Below are positions 1 through 9,994 of a stretch of 64,000 bases of DNA, one piece after another. The notes below the pieces were generated by a model. That model did no database searches, had not been told where the DNA came from, and saw only the letters and a program-made list of their open reading frames with translations. The stretch lies in the NCBI GenBank assembly GCA_905235605.1, contig CAJOMF010000001.1, forward strand, positions 6,967 to 70,966, given 5' to 3'. The stretch is from an uncultured bacterium. GTDB taxonomy: Bacteria > UBP6 > UBA1177. Every line of letters begins with the position of its first letter. The stretch's first letter is position 1. Position numbers and translations under genes: made by a program.

Positions 1-2
1 AA

Positions 3-1868
3 GAGGCGCGCTACAAAAAGCAGGCTGACGAACTCGAAGCCGGCAACAAAAAGACTGAAGCTGCGGTCCTCGCTCTTGAAACAAAGAAAAAAGCCAATGA
101 AGAAAAAATCTCCGAACTGGACAAGAAAATGACCGGAGAGCAGGAAAAGTTCGATGAGAACGAAAAGCAGATCATGTCCAGAAACGAAGAAATCAAAATG
201 AAAAACGAGGACGAGGACAGAAAATACAAAGTCGAAGTCGAAAAAGAGTATCAGGCTAAGTTCGACGACCTCAACAAAAAACTTCAGGATTACGATGCTC
301 AGGAATCGGAAGAGCGCGAAAAACTCAAAAAATACGATGCTGCGACTGAAGAATATATGTTTAAAAATGCAGAAGTAATGCAGAAGTATCAGGAAGAGAT
401 CGAAAAAGAGCGCGCTACGGTCGAAGCTGACTGTGCAAAGAATAAAGAGGCAGCTGCCGCAGATGCCGAAAAGGCTTACACCGAAGAACTCGAAAAACTG
501 AACAAGGAAAAGGCAGACATCGAAGCAAAAATAGCTGAAAAAGAGACTCCGGCTCTCAAAAAACAGCTTGCTGCAGCCGAAAAGAAGATTTCGAAACACG
601 AAAGCGGAAAAGACGGTTTCACCGCTAAAAAGATGGCTGCAGTAGAGCAGGAATGCGAAAACAAGAGCATGGCAGTTGATATGAAACTTGCGCAGAAGAG
701 CGACGAACTTAACAAGGATAATACGAAATATCAGAAAGCTCAGCAGGCTGAAAAGAAGAAAGCCGAAGCCAACTTCAAAGCTTTCCAGCAGAGAAAGGCT
801 GCATTCAAAAAGAATATCGACAGCCAGATCAGTGCTGCTCAGAAGGACAGAGACCGCAAGATCGAAGCCCGCGATAAAGAGAGAAGCAAACAGACTGAAA
901 CCTGGAATAAAGAAGCTGCTTCGAGACAGAAAGATCTCGAAAACAGGCAGAGATCAGATAAAAACACAAAAGACCGTCTTGTTAAGGAAAACGAAGGCCT
1001 TGATGCCAATATCGCTATCACAAACGCAAAATGGGCAGACAAGAGAGACGATATTCAGGTAAAGAATCAGGAAAGCAACCAGAAATACGAGAAGGTTTGG
1101 CAGGAAAAATACGACAAGACCGATACTGAGTACAAAGAAAAGAAAGAGGCTATAGAGAATAAATATGCTCAGAAACAGGTCGACGACAAAGACGCTCAGA
1201 AAAGACAGAAAGAGCAGTGGGAAGAGGAAGTTCAGAAGTTGAACGACGAAAAACAGAGAAGAAAAGAAGAGAGACAGGCTATTCTTGCAACTGAGCAGGA
1301 AAAATGGAAAGAGAAAACTGCAAAATGGGAAGAGGAAGAGGCTCAGAGAAAAGAAGAGAAAGCTCAGTTCTCGAAAGATCTGAAGAAACTTGCAGCTGAA
1401 GACAAGAAAGACGCTCAGGATAAAAAGAAAGATGCTGAACAGAACTATCAGGAAAAGACTAAAGAAATCGACGAAAAAGAACTCGAACAGATCCGTGCCA
1501 GATTCAAAGAAGAATACAAAGTCACGAAGTCGAGAGAAGTTGTCGACGTTAAAGGTTCGGATGATATTTACAAGCTTAAGGCTGATGCTTTTGCGAAGAG
1601 CGGTCTTCAGAAACTCAACGAAAAGGATCTTATCGGCGCAAGAAGGGCTTTTGCAGAGGCTCTCATGATCGACAGGAACAACAAAATCGCGCTTGACGGT
1701 ATGAATTCGATCAATGTCACGGCTAAATCGATGTACTGGGAAGCATACGGCAAAAGAGAGACCGACAAGGCGAAGGCTAAAGAGATCTTCACGCTTCTCA
1801 TCAAAACTCTGATGCCTTCAAACGAATTCTTCCTCAAGGCGAAAACCGCTCTTGAAGAGCTTGAATAA
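3..1868 (+). CDS. Large Lys/Glu-rich coiled-coil protein with C-terminal TPR-like helical domain (5'-truncated by window)
   Basis: Frame is open from base 3, upstream of the listed ATG at 129. About 500 aa of K/E/A/Q heptad-like sequence, then a helical-repeat tail (ARRAFAEALMIDRNNKIA...KAKTALEELE). Confidence 0.8.
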   Translation, partial: EARYKKQADELEAGNKKTEAAVLALETKKKANEEKISELDKKMTGEQEKFDENEKQIMSRNEEIKMKNEDEDRKYKVEVEKEYQAKFDDLNKKLQDYDAQESEEREKLKKYDAATEEYMFKNAEVMQKYQEEIEKERATVEADCAKNKEAAAADAEKAYTEELEKLNKEKADIEAKIAEKETPALKKQLAAAEKKISKHESGKDGFTAKKMAAVEQECENKSMAVDMKLAQKSDELNKDNTKYQKAQQAEKKKAEANFKAFQQRKAAFKKNIDSQISAAQKDRDRKIEARDKERSKQTETWNKEAASRQKDLENRQRSDKNTKDRLVKENEGLDANIAITNAKWADKRDDIQVKNQESNQKYEKVWQEKYDKTDTEYKEKKEAIENKYAQKQVDDKDAQKRQKEQWEEEVQKLNDEKQRRKEERQAILATEQEKWKEKTAKWEEEEAQRKEEKAQFSKDLKKLAAEDKKDAQDKKKDAEQNYQEKTKEIDEKELEQIRARFKEEYKVTKSREVVDVKGSDDIYKLKADAFAKSGLQKLNEKDLIGARRAFAEALMIDRNNKIALDGMNSINVTAKSMYWEAYGKRETDKAKAKEIFTLLIKTLMPSNEFFLKAKTALEELE

Positions 1869-1880
1869 AGGAGGTGTGAA

Positions 1881-2303
1881 ATGCAGGATTCAGCAGCTCC
1901 GGTAATAATCAAAGGGCAGTACAAAGGCGGGCTTCGCAATGAAATGACTCACCTTAAATCGAACAATACCATTATGACTGACGCTCCGACCGATAACCAC
2001 GGCAAAGGTGAGGCTTTTTCGCCGACCGATCTCGTCTGCGGTGCTCTGGCTGCGTGCATGATGACGATAATGGGCATCACTGCTCAGACTCACGAATTCG
2101 ATATCGACGGTGCTGCTTACGAGATAAAGAAGACTATGGCAACCGATCCGCGCAGAATCGGACAGATCGATATCGCGATCAACTTCCCGAAGCACGACTA
2201 CACCGACAAACAGAAGGCTATGCTCAAGGCTGCGGCAGACACCTGCCCGGTCGCAAAGACGCTTGGTTCTGAAGTAGTCGTAAACGTCACAATGAATTTC
2301 TAA
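1881..2303 (+). CDS. OsmC/Ohr (YhfA-like) family protein
   Basis: TDAP..G.GEAFSPTDL...LAAC and CPV motifs; GGAGG RBS upstream. Confidence 0.9.
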   Translation: MQDSAAPVIIKGQYKGGLRNEMTHLKSNNTIMTDAPTDNHGKGEAFSPTDLVCGALAACMMTIMGITAQTHEFDIDGAAYEIKKTMATDPRRIGQIDIAINFPKHDYTDKQKAMLKAAADTCPVAKTLGSEVVVNVTMNF

Positions 2304-2380
2304 TTCCCTAAATTTTCTTAAAAAATCAGTATAGATCGACTGCCGGTTCAGGTAATCCGCCGGCACTCCGCTAAAAAAGC

Positions 2381-2436
2381 CGTCATTCTGAGTGCAACGA
2401 AGAATCTATGGATCTTTCGCGATGCTCAAGATGACG
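2381..2436. repeat. REP-like imperfect palindrome CGTCATTCTGAG...CTCAAGATGACG
   Basis: Arms GTCATTCTGAGTGCAACGAAGAATC and GATCTTTCGCGATGCTCAAGATGAC are imperfectly complementary; lies between convergent genes. Confidence 0.6.
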
Positions 2437-2465
2437 TATAATCGTATTGAAATAAAAACTGAAAT

Positions 2466-3053
2466 TTATTCTTGTTTGTTTCCGAGATTTCCTTCGGCCC
2501 AGTGCTTTCTGCAGAGTGCGACGTAGCTTTCGTTTCCTCCGAGCATGACCTGTTCGCCTTCTTTGACAACTTTGCCGTCAACGACTCTGGCGTTCATTAT
2601 AGCTTTTTTCGAGCACCAGCAGACTGTTTTGATCTCTTCGATCGTATCTGCCATGGCGAGAAGGCGTTCGCTTCCCGGGAATAGATTGCCTGCAAAATCA
2701 GCGCGCAGACCGTAAGCGATGACCGGAATATTGAGCTCGTCAACTACGCGGCAGAGCTGCATCACCTGCTCTCCGGTTAGAAACTGTGCCTCGTCGATTA
2801 TCACGCAGTCTATTTTTTTTGCGCCGTTCATTCTGCGGACGGTTTCAAATGCGTCGTCGTCCGGGCTTAGAATATGCGCCTTTTTCGCGAGTCCGATCCT
2901 GCTTTTGACGATGTCGATCCCGTCGCGGGTGTCGATCGAAGGCTTGAAAATTACGGCATTCTGCCCGCGTTCAAAATAGTTGTATTCGACCATCAGTGCA
3001 TTCGAGGTTTTGCTTGCTCCCATCGCGCCGTATCTGAAGTAAAGTTTAGCCAT
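2466..3053 (-). CDS. tdk: Thymidine kinase
   Basis: YGAMGASKT P-loop, IIDEAQF Walker B, YGLRADF, C-terminal zinc-site Cys (CWC...LCRKHW). Confidence 0.95.
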   Translation of the reverse strand: MAKLYFRYGAMGASKTSNALMVEYNYFERGQNAVIFKPSIDTRDGIDIVKSRIGLAKKAHILSPDDDAFETVRRMNGAKKIDCVIIDEAQFLTGEQVMQLCRVVDELNIPVIAYGLRADFAGNLFPGSERLLAMADTIEEIKTVCWCSKKAIMNARVVDGKVVKEGEQVMLGGNESYVALCRKHWAEGNLGNKQE

Positions 3054-3120
3054 GAAATCCTCCTAAAAAAATCAGTCGGCGGGATATTAAAAAAATCGGC
3101 AAAAATGTCCATTTTTCGGA

Positions 3121-3148
3121 TTGACAAATGCAAAGTCGAAATTATATT
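3121..3148 (+). promoter_or_regulatory. Sigma70-like promoter of iscS-iscU (TTGACA-16-TATATT)
   Basis: TTGACA 3121-3126, TATATT 3143-3148. Confidence 0.6.
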
Positions 3149-3186
3149 AGCGGCGGTGAATTTATTGTTTTTTTAGAGGTTTTGTT

Positions 3187-4377
3187 ATGACACACAGAAT
3201 ATACTTCGACAACAGCGCGACAACGCCTGTCAGAAAGGAAGTTGTCGATGAAATCATGCCGTTTTTGACTGAACTCGGCGGCAACCCTTCGAGCAGACAC
3301 TATGAGGGCAGAGTCGTAAGAACGGCAGTAGAAGCTGCAAGAGCGAAAGTTGCGGCTGCAATCAATGCAGATCCGTCGGAAATCTACTTCAATTCATGTG
3401 CAAGCGAAGGCAACAACACGGTGCTGCGCGGCTACATGATGGGACTTGGCAGAAATGCGAAGAAAAACCACATCATCACGACTGCGGTCGAACATCCTAG
3501 CATTTTCAATACCGCTGCGGCACTCGAAAAAGAGGGCTTCGAGATCACTTATCTGCCTGTTGACGGGAAAGGAAACCTCAACCTCGACGATCTCCGCAAT
3601 GCGATAAAGGAAAACACAGGTCTGATTTCGACGATGTTCGTAAACAACGAGATCGGAAACATCTATCCGGTCGAAGAAATCGGAAAAATCGCTCACGAAC
3701 ACAACATCCTTTTCCACGTTGACGCAGTCCAGGCTGTCGGCAAGATCCATGTTGACGTCAAAAAGATCGGATGCGACTTCCTGACTGTTTCGGCGCATAA
3801 ATTCTACGGTTTGAAAGGTGTCGGCGCACTTTTCGTCAAACGCGGAAGAGTGCTGAAAAATCTCCTCACTGGCGGTCATCAGGAAAAGGGCAAAAGACCG
3901 GGAACCGAAAACGTTGTCGGTATAATCGGCATGGGAAAGGCGATCGAACTTGCAGTCGCCGAACTTGATGACGAGGCAAAGAGAGTTGCGGCTCTCAGAG
4001 ACCGCCTCGAAAAGAGAGTTCTTGAAGAGATCCCTTTTACGAGAGTCGTAGGCGATCCGTCGCACAGGGTTCCGACACTTTCGAACATTTCCTTCAGATT
4101 TGTTGAAGGCGAGGGGATCCTGCTCAAACTCGACACCGAAGGCATCGCGGTTTCAACCGGTTCGGCATGTTCTTCGAGCGACCTCAAGGCGAGCCATGTC
4201 ATCACGGCTTTGAACGGCGATCCGGAAGAGGCTCATTCGAGCATCCGTTTCTCGCTCGGAAAATATTCGACGGTCGAAGATGTAGACTACACAGTCGAAA
4301 CTTTGAAAAATACAATTTCGCTTCTTCGCAGTTTTTCACCGATTTACGATGAATTTGTCAACGCAAACAAACATTAA
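3187..4377 (+). CDS. iscS: Cysteine desulfurase (IscS/NifS, group I)
   Basis: YFDNSATT, HVDAVQ, SAHKFYG (PLP Lys), STGSACSS catalytic Cys. Confidence 0.95.
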   Translation: MTHRIYFDNSATTPVRKEVVDEIMPFLTELGGNPSSRHYEGRVVRTAVEAARAKVAAAINADPSEIYFNSCASEGNNTVLRGYMMGLGRNAKKNHIITTAVEHPSIFNTAAALEKEGFEITYLPVDGKGNLNLDDLRNAIKENTGLISTMFVNNEIGNIYPVEEIGKIAHEHNILFHVDAVQAVGKIHVDVKKIGCDFLTVSAHKFYGLKGVGALFVKRGRVLKNLLTGGHQEKGKRPGTENVVGIIGMGKAIELAVAELDDEAKRVAALRDRLEKRVLEEIPFTRVVGDPSHRVPTLSNISFRFVEGEGILLKLDTEGIAVSTGSACSSSDLKASHVITALNGDPEEAHSSIRFSLGKYSTVEDVDYTVETLKNTISLLRSFSPIYDEFVNANKH

Positions 4378-4389
4378 TAGGAGAAAATC

Positions 4390-4770
4390 ATGAATTACAC
4401 AGAAAAAGTTATGGATCATTTCCTTCATCCGCGCAATGTCGGCAAAATCGATAATCCCAATGCTGTCGCCGAGGTCGGGAACGCTCAGTGCGGCGATATC
4501 ATCAAGCTCTTTTTGCGCATCAATCCGGAAGGTATAATCGAAGACATCTCTTTTGAGACTTTCGGCTGCGGTGCTGCGATCGCAACTTCCTCGATGACGA
4601 CCGAAATGGTCAAAGGAAAGCACATCGACGAAGCTCTTCTCGTTACGAGAGACGTCGTTGCAGAAGAGTTGGGCGGTCTTCCGGCAAGCAAAATGCACTG
4701 CTCGAACCTTGCTTCCGAAGCTCTTCACAAAGCGATCCACGAATACAAGGCGAAATACAATCTTCACTAA
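4390..4770 (+). CDS. iscU: Fe-S scaffold IscU/NifU-N
   Basis: DHFLHPRNVG, GNAQCGD, FGCGAAIA, KMHCSNLA. Confidence 0.95.
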   Translation: MNYTEKVMDHFLHPRNVGKIDNPNAVAEVGNAQCGDIIKLFLRINPEGIIEDISFETFGCGAAIATSSMTTEMVKGKHIDEALLVTRDVVAEELGGLPASKMHCSNLASEALHKAIHEYKAKYNLH

Positions 4771-4784
4771 CGAAATCCTTTTTT

Positions 4785-5909
4785 ATGGATCTGTTGAAAA
4801 AAGCCTTTTTTTTGCTTTTTCTTTTTGCATTTATTTTTCCGCTTCATGCTTTTGATGTCGATGAACTTCTCGACGGAGACGGTTTGTCGAGCGGTTTTAC
4901 CCATTTTCTGAGGATCGGGATAAAAACTGACATCGTGTCATTTTCGCTAGAAGGTGACGCCGGTATTTTCGATAAGAAAGAGCGTGCCGTAGGAGAGATT
5001 CAAGGGCACGTGACTGTTGCGGCGGCAAAGGGCGGGATAAAAGTCGGCAGCAAAGTTTTCGGTGAAAATATGCTGAAATTCTCATCCGAGCTTATTCCGA
5101 TCAAATTTGAAGGGAAAATGTTCCGCGGAGAGATCGAAGTTTATCTGAAAAACTCAAAGCTCATCGTTGTCAACAAGCTCGACATAGAAGATTATGTCAA
5201 GGGAGTCATCAACAAAGAGGCTGTTCCGTCGTGGCCGATAGAAGCTAAAAAAACGCAGGCAGTGCTCGCGAGAACTTTTGCGGTTTACCAGAAAATGTTC
5301 AACCCGAGAAGCGAATTTTTCGATCTTGCTCCGACGGTTCTGGATCAGGTTTACGACGGACTCGGAAAAGAGGATGTCACTTCGGTCGAAGCGGTGAATG
5401 CAACGAGAGGCGAAATCATCACGCTCGGCAGTGATCCGGCGAAAATTTACTTCCATTCGACCTGCGGCGGAACGATTTCGAGTTCGGCAGAGATCTGGAA
5501 AAAGGATGAACCTCATCTGCAGGAGCTGAAGTGCCCTTACTGCACGAAGTCCTCGCTTTACCGCTGGAAAAGAAACCTGAAAGCGGCCGATATCGCGAAA
5601 AAACTGGGCGTGAAGTCTGTTAAGTCGGTTTCAGCCGTGCGGGGGAAAACGCGTGTCGATTCGGTAGTCGTTGACGGGAAAAAATTTCCGGTCAACAAAT
5701 TCAGGGAGCTTGTCGGCTTTTCTGTGATCTGGTCCAACGATTTCACCGTGACAAAAAGCGGTGCAAACTTTGTTTTTTCGGGCAAAGGTGCAGGTCACGG
5801 CGTCGGCGTATGCCAGTGGGGCATGGCCGGGATGGCTGCTCAGGGAAAAAATCATTACGAGATCCTGAAATTTTATCTGAAAGGAATTGAAATCAGGAAA
5901 ATGTATTGA
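4785..5909 (+). CDS. SpoIID/LytB-domain peptidoglycan lytic transglycosylase
   Basis: EDYVKGVINKE, EAKKTQAVLART, YFHSTCGG, GAGHGVGVCQWG; signal peptide. Confidence 0.9.
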   Translation: MDLLKKAFFLLFLFAFIFPLHAFDVDELLDGDGLSSGFTHFLRIGIKTDIVSFSLEGDAGIFDKKERAVGEIQGHVTVAAAKGGIKVGSKVFGENMLKFSSELIPIKFEGKMFRGEIEVYLKNSKLIVVNKLDIEDYVKGVINKEAVPSWPIEAKKTQAVLARTFAVYQKMFNPRSEFFDLAPTVLDQVYDGLGKEDVTSVEAVNATRGEIITLGSDPAKIYFHSTCGGTISSSAEIWKKDEPHLQELKCPYCTKSSLYRWKRNLKAADIAKKLGVKSVKSVSAVRGKTRVDSVVVDGKKFPVNKFRELVGFSVIWSNDFTVTKSGANFVFSGKGAGHGVGVCQWGMAGMAAQGKNHYEILKFYLKGIEIRKMY

Positions 5910-5930
5910 TCGCCGGTTTTGTGCCGTCGA

Positions 5931-5954
5931 TATATCGTTATGTCGAAATATCGA
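5931..5954. repeat. AT-rich octamer array (nATnnCGn x3)
   Basis: tatatcgt tatgtcga aatatcga, just after the SpoIID stop. Confidence 0.5.
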
Positions 5955-6046
5955 TATTGCAACAAGGTTCGGCGCAGTATCTTGCCTTTTTTCAACTTTT
6001 CTTTAAAATAGCGCGGTTTTTGATTTTTTTATCAGAGGAGTTTTTA

Positions 6047-7516
6047 ATGAAAAAATTTTTAAGTAGTTCTGTTTTTGCTGTTTGTTTGGCGTTGATTGCT
6101 TCATGCGGCAGCGGATCATCAGGCAGCGGTGGTGAAAGTTTTTACGGTCCGACATGCGGAAACGGTAAAATCGAAGGCAATGAAGTGTGTGACGGTGATG
6201 TGGCATGCGGTGAAGCAGGTCATTTCTACCCGGAAGGCAAGGCAACCTGCAATTCAGACTGTTCTGCTTACGACACCAGCAAATGTGTAGCTCGAGATCC
6301 TAGTGACACATGCGGAAACGGCAGTATCGACAGCGGCGAATCCTGCGAACAGGGAGACACCAAGCCGTGTTCAGAGCTTTCGTCCAGCTTTTCTCAGGGC
6401 GATGCCCAGTGCCGGAGAGACTGCCGCGGCTGGAATACGGAAAACTGCTCAAACGGCGGAAAAACCAAACCTTGTTCATTGATCCTTGACTGTGTAAAGA
6501 AGTGCGGCGGCGACAGTTCCTGCGAATCCGAATGCAAGTCTGCAGGGACCGATCAGGGTGCGGCTCTCTATGCAGATCTTGAGACCTGTGCCGCTTCATG
6601 CGGCGGCGTTGCCGACGAAGAGTGTCTCGAGAAAACATGCTATGATGCTTACTATGCATGCAATCCCAACCGGAAATGCGGAAACGGTGTTCTTGACGAA
6701 AGTGAGATTTGTGAAAATAAAGAGACCAAACCGTGTCAGGAACTCAATACCGATGACAAACAGTGGCAGCCGATAAACGAGGCGGTCTGCAATTCGGAGT
6801 GCTCCGGATGGGACACCTATTCATGCGTTGATATCAATGCTCTCACCTGCTATCAGGTTTACGAATGTACAAAAGAGTGCTCAGATTCGGAATGCGAAGC
6901 GGCCTGCATTGCAAAAACATGGCCTGCTGCAAAAGTTAAATACGACACCATGATGGAATGTTTCAGCGAAAACGAGTGTGTTGTGGAAGAAGAGTGCATG
7001 AGCGGTGTCTGCAAATTCCAGACCGATGCATGCAAAAATCACCTGACTTGCGGAAACGGTGTTGTCAACCCGCCTTATGAAATCTGTGAAAAAGGCGAGC
7101 ATGTCGATTGCGGCGACATCAAAGATTCAAACGGCGAAGCTATGTACGAAGCAGGCACAGGCTCGGCATACTGCAATCAGAACTGCACCGAATACGGCAC
7201 AACGATGTGCTACAGATTCTGCAGCTGTTCCGAAGTCAAGACCTGTATTGAGCAGGAGTGCGGCGGCTATCCGAAGAGCAATGCTGAAAATACCGATGAA
7301 AAGAAAGCCTGCATGGAAACATGCGAAAGCTGGGGCAGCAAAATCGGAAAAGGTGAATCAGCCGGTTACCGCCAGTTGATCGAAAGCTGCTGCGAACAGG
7401 ATCAGCAGGGCAACACAACTGCATGCGGCTGGGATTCAAGCAACTGTATTTCTCAGGCTCCGTCACAGGCTGGTGCAACCTGCGGAACGGAAGACAACGC
7501 TAAGTGTCCTTACTAA
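6047..7516 (+). CDS. Cys-rich surface lipoprotein with myxobacterial-type CGNG repeats and 10-Cys modules
   Basis: GAGGAG RBS then ATG 6047; lipobox LIASC; four CGNG..E.CD/E repeats. Confidence 0.85.
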   Translation: MKKFLSSSVFAVCLALIASCGSGSSGSGGESFYGPTCGNGKIEGNEVCDGDVACGEAGHFYPEGKATCNSDCSAYDTSKCVARDPSDTCGNGSIDSGESCEQGDTKPCSELSSSFSQGDAQCRRDCRGWNTENCSNGGKTKPCSLILDCVKKCGGDSSCESECKSAGTDQGAALYADLETCAASCGGVADEECLEKTCYDAYYACNPNRKCGNGVLDESEICENKETKPCQELNTDDKQWQPINEAVCNSECSGWDTYSCVDINALTCYQVYECTKECSDSECEAACIAKTWPAAKVKYDTMMECFSENECVVEEECMSGVCKFQTDACKNHLTCGNGVVNPPYEICEKGEHVDCGDIKDSNGEAMYEAGTGSAYCNQNCTEYGTTMCYRFCSCSEVKTCIEQECGGYPKSNAENTDEKKACMETCESWGSKIGKGESAGYRQLIESCCEQDQQGNTTACGWDSSNCISQAPSQAGATCGTEDNAKCPY

Positions 7517-7669
7517 ACAAAATCGCACAGACCAATTTTCTAATCGATAAAATTTCCAGGTAAAATCAAAATCTCAAGTTCTTATGTCAGTGTGATGTTC
7601 TTATTGTTTTCCGAGCTTATCCCGATCAAATTCAAGGGAATCAAAATCAGAAAACTGTATTGAGACCGC

Positions 7670-8885
7670 CTACCAGCGGGCTCTTTTTATGAAGATGTGG
7701 ATGAAAAGCAGCAGGAAGTTCACTGTCGCCGGAATGCACGAGAAAACGAGGAAAATATCCAGAAAGTTGAATATAGCGGCGAGCATGACGATGAGCAGGA
7801 TCGAGTCTCTCCAGAAAAGTTTTTTCATATAGCTGAATACAGAAGTCGAACGCTGCACTTCCTTTCTCGGTTTGTAGCATTCCCACCAGAAGTAGAACCC
7901 GAGCCCGTGCTTTCTTTTGCAGTGCCAGTGGATGAGCGCGTATGTGTATGAAGCCTGTGAAAGCGCCGACAGCGAGGAACCAGATGTTAAGATCGGGTTT
8001 GCCGGCCAGATATGCCGGCGGTGTGACGTAAAGGTGGTATCCGATGCCTAAATAGATCAGCGCGCCCAATGTTTCATCGCATATCGAGTCGAGCCATGCT
8101 CCAAGAGCCGAACCCTGATGGCGCATCCTTGCGATCTCTCCGTCTACACCGTCGATTATCGAATTGAGATGAATAGTGATGCCGGCTGCTACAGCCCATT
8201 CCCAGCCAGGGAAGAAGAAGAGTGCCACTGCGATAAGTCCGAGGAAGAAATCGGCTACGGTAACGAAATTAGGTGTTACGAATGAAAAGTTGACAAGAAT
8301 GCGTGACATCCTTATCGAAACAGGGCGGTTCAAGTATTTTGCGACAAGACCGCCGGGTCTGAACTGCAGATATTTGAGGAGGCCCCACTGAGCTTTTTTC
8401 GCCGATCTTCTGTCGGTGAGTTTTGACCAGTACGCCCGCTCGAGTTCGTGGCGGTTCACAGAAATTTCCGGATCTTTTTCACAGAACTCCTCAACTGCGG
8501 AAACAGGATCTTCGGATGTTTTCAGATCCAGAGCCGCGAGTTTATGCAGGGCATCTTTTCCGGCAATGAATATCGGTGCTGTTTTCGATCTGAAAGTCAG
8601 AAACGCGATCCCGTTTTCCGTTACATCCCAGAACAGTTTTTCAGCCGCGAATTCAAGTGTCATGTCATCAAGAATATAGTCTGCAAAGATGACGGTCTCT
8701 TTTCTCGAAGCGTTTCCGAAAGCGGATGAAAGTTCTTCGTATTTTACAAGCTTTATCTCCTTTTTCCCTTCCATTTCTATTTTCTCAACGGCGCGGCGGC
8801 ATCTTCCTACCGGGTCGACTGCGGCAAAGAGCGGCAGTCCTTCTTTTGTCGCAATAATGAACGGAACAGTCCTGATCGCTTCCAT
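7670..8885 (-). pseudogene. CDP-alcohol phosphatidyltransferase (DIPPS-like) with N-terminal extra domain; frameshifted near 7945
   Basis: DGVDGEIAR-x6-GAWLDSICD signature. The hydrophobic C-terminus (YALIHWH...LLLFIHIFIKRARW*) continues in another frame to TAG at 7670-7672. Confidence 0.75.
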
Positions 8886-8886
8886 T

Positions 8887-9993
8887 TTATTCTCCTTTTA
8901 TGAGTCTTTTATATAGTTCGAGATGTTTTTTGCAGGCGTTTTCCCATGAAGTTTCTTTTGCATAATCTTCAACGAGTTTTGATATTTTTGCCCTCATATC
9001 TTTGTCTTCGGCGATCTGTTTCATGGATCTTTTCCATTTTGTGACAGAAGTCATCGGTACAAAAAGAGGAAATTCCGAAAAGAGCTGTCTGGCTTCGGCG
9101 AATTTCGTGCTTTCGGAACAGATAAAAGGTCTTCCTGCTCCGAGTGCAAGGTGGAAAATACCGCTTGCGGAAGCGTATTTCTGCCAGTAAGGCAGAAGGA
9201 CTATGTCGGATATGTGGAGATATTCCTTTAACTTTTTCGTTTCCATAAAGGCAATGTCCCATTTTACACTGGAGTTCCCCGCCAGCATCATGCATATTTT
9301 GAGATAAAGTTTGTTGTACCATTTGTTTCCGCCGGGCCTTCCCGCGACGATGAGCTTCAGCGAACTGTTTTCGGCATGGATCGCTCTGAAAGCTTTGGCA
9401 ACAGTGTGGAGATTTTTCTGAAAGTGTATGAATCCTGCAGAAAGAAAAATTATGTCGTTTTCGGAAAAACCGGCTTCTTTGCGGAGCAGTTCTCTCTCTT
9501 TTTCGAATGATATCAGCGATGTTCCGTGAAAGATCACAGAAACGTTTTCCAGATCTTTGAGTATTTCGCGGCATACTTCGTTGTGGACGATGATGTGTGC
9601 GTATTTTGCCGTTTCCACGTAGAAATCGAGGTCTTTCCGGTTGTCGTAAACTGTGTGAAGAGTAACGGCGATCGGGATATTTCTGTCGTGCAGCGATTTC
9701 AGCAGTGAAAGGAAAAGTTTCTTGTCGGGAAACAGGTCAGGAGCATGCTGAAAGTGGATCATTTCCGGAGTTTCCGGCATTCGGCTGACGGCTTCGAATA
9801 TTTCCGAGGCAAAATCTCCGTGCCTGCTGTAAGTGTTCTTCACCTCGAGCAGTCCGTCGCGTAAGTTTTCGCCGCCTTCAGAGAGAACGACGACCTCTCT
9901 GCCGCTTTTGACAAACTCACCGGTCAGATATTTTGTGTAAGTTGCGATGCCGCATTCGAACGGCGGAAAAGTTGAAACAAAGACGAAAGCCAT
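8887..9993 (-). CDS. Glycosyltransferase family 4 (GT-B)
   Basis: STFPPFECGIATY, HFQH, VTLHTV, LPY..YASASG..HLALGAGRP. Confidence 0.9.
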   Translation of the reverse strand: MAFVFVSTFPPFECGIATYTKYLTGEFVKSGREVVVLSEGGENLRDGLLEVKNTYSRHGDFASEIFEAVSRMPETPEMIHFQHAPDLFPDKKLFLSLLKSLHDRNIPIAVTLHTVYDNRKDLDFYVETAKYAHIIVHNEVCREILKDLENVSVIFHGTSLISFEKERELLRKEAGFSENDIIFLSAGFIHFQKNLHTVAKAFRAIHAENSSLKLIVAGRPGGNKWYNKLYLKICMMLAGNSSVKWDIAFMETKKLKEYLHISDIVLLPYWQKYASASGIFHLALGAGRPFICSESTKFAEARQLFSEFPLFVPMTSVTKWKRSMKQIAEDKDMRAKISKLVEDYAKETSWENACKKHLELYKRLIKGE

Positions 9994-9994
9994 T

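Noticed and set aside
3115-3148. IscR/Rrf2 operator (TTGAC...GTCGA) upstream of iscS
   Set aside because: Half-site spacing (9 nt) does not fit the type-1 IscR motif as I recall it, there is no iscR nearby, and the -35 box explains TTGACA.
3394-4065. Long antisense ORFs (also 22613-23353, 61239-62006, 43471-44154, 45430-46047, 56508-57134 and others)
   Set aside because: Shadow frames of well-supported genes, with no motifs or RBS.
5906-6046. Upstream extensions in the ORF track (5906, 13829, 15208, 24083, 25323, 34020, 36451, 38939, 50697)
   Set aside because: Downstream starts fit better (RBS, signal peptides or family N-termini); the extensions cross promoters or neighbouring genes.
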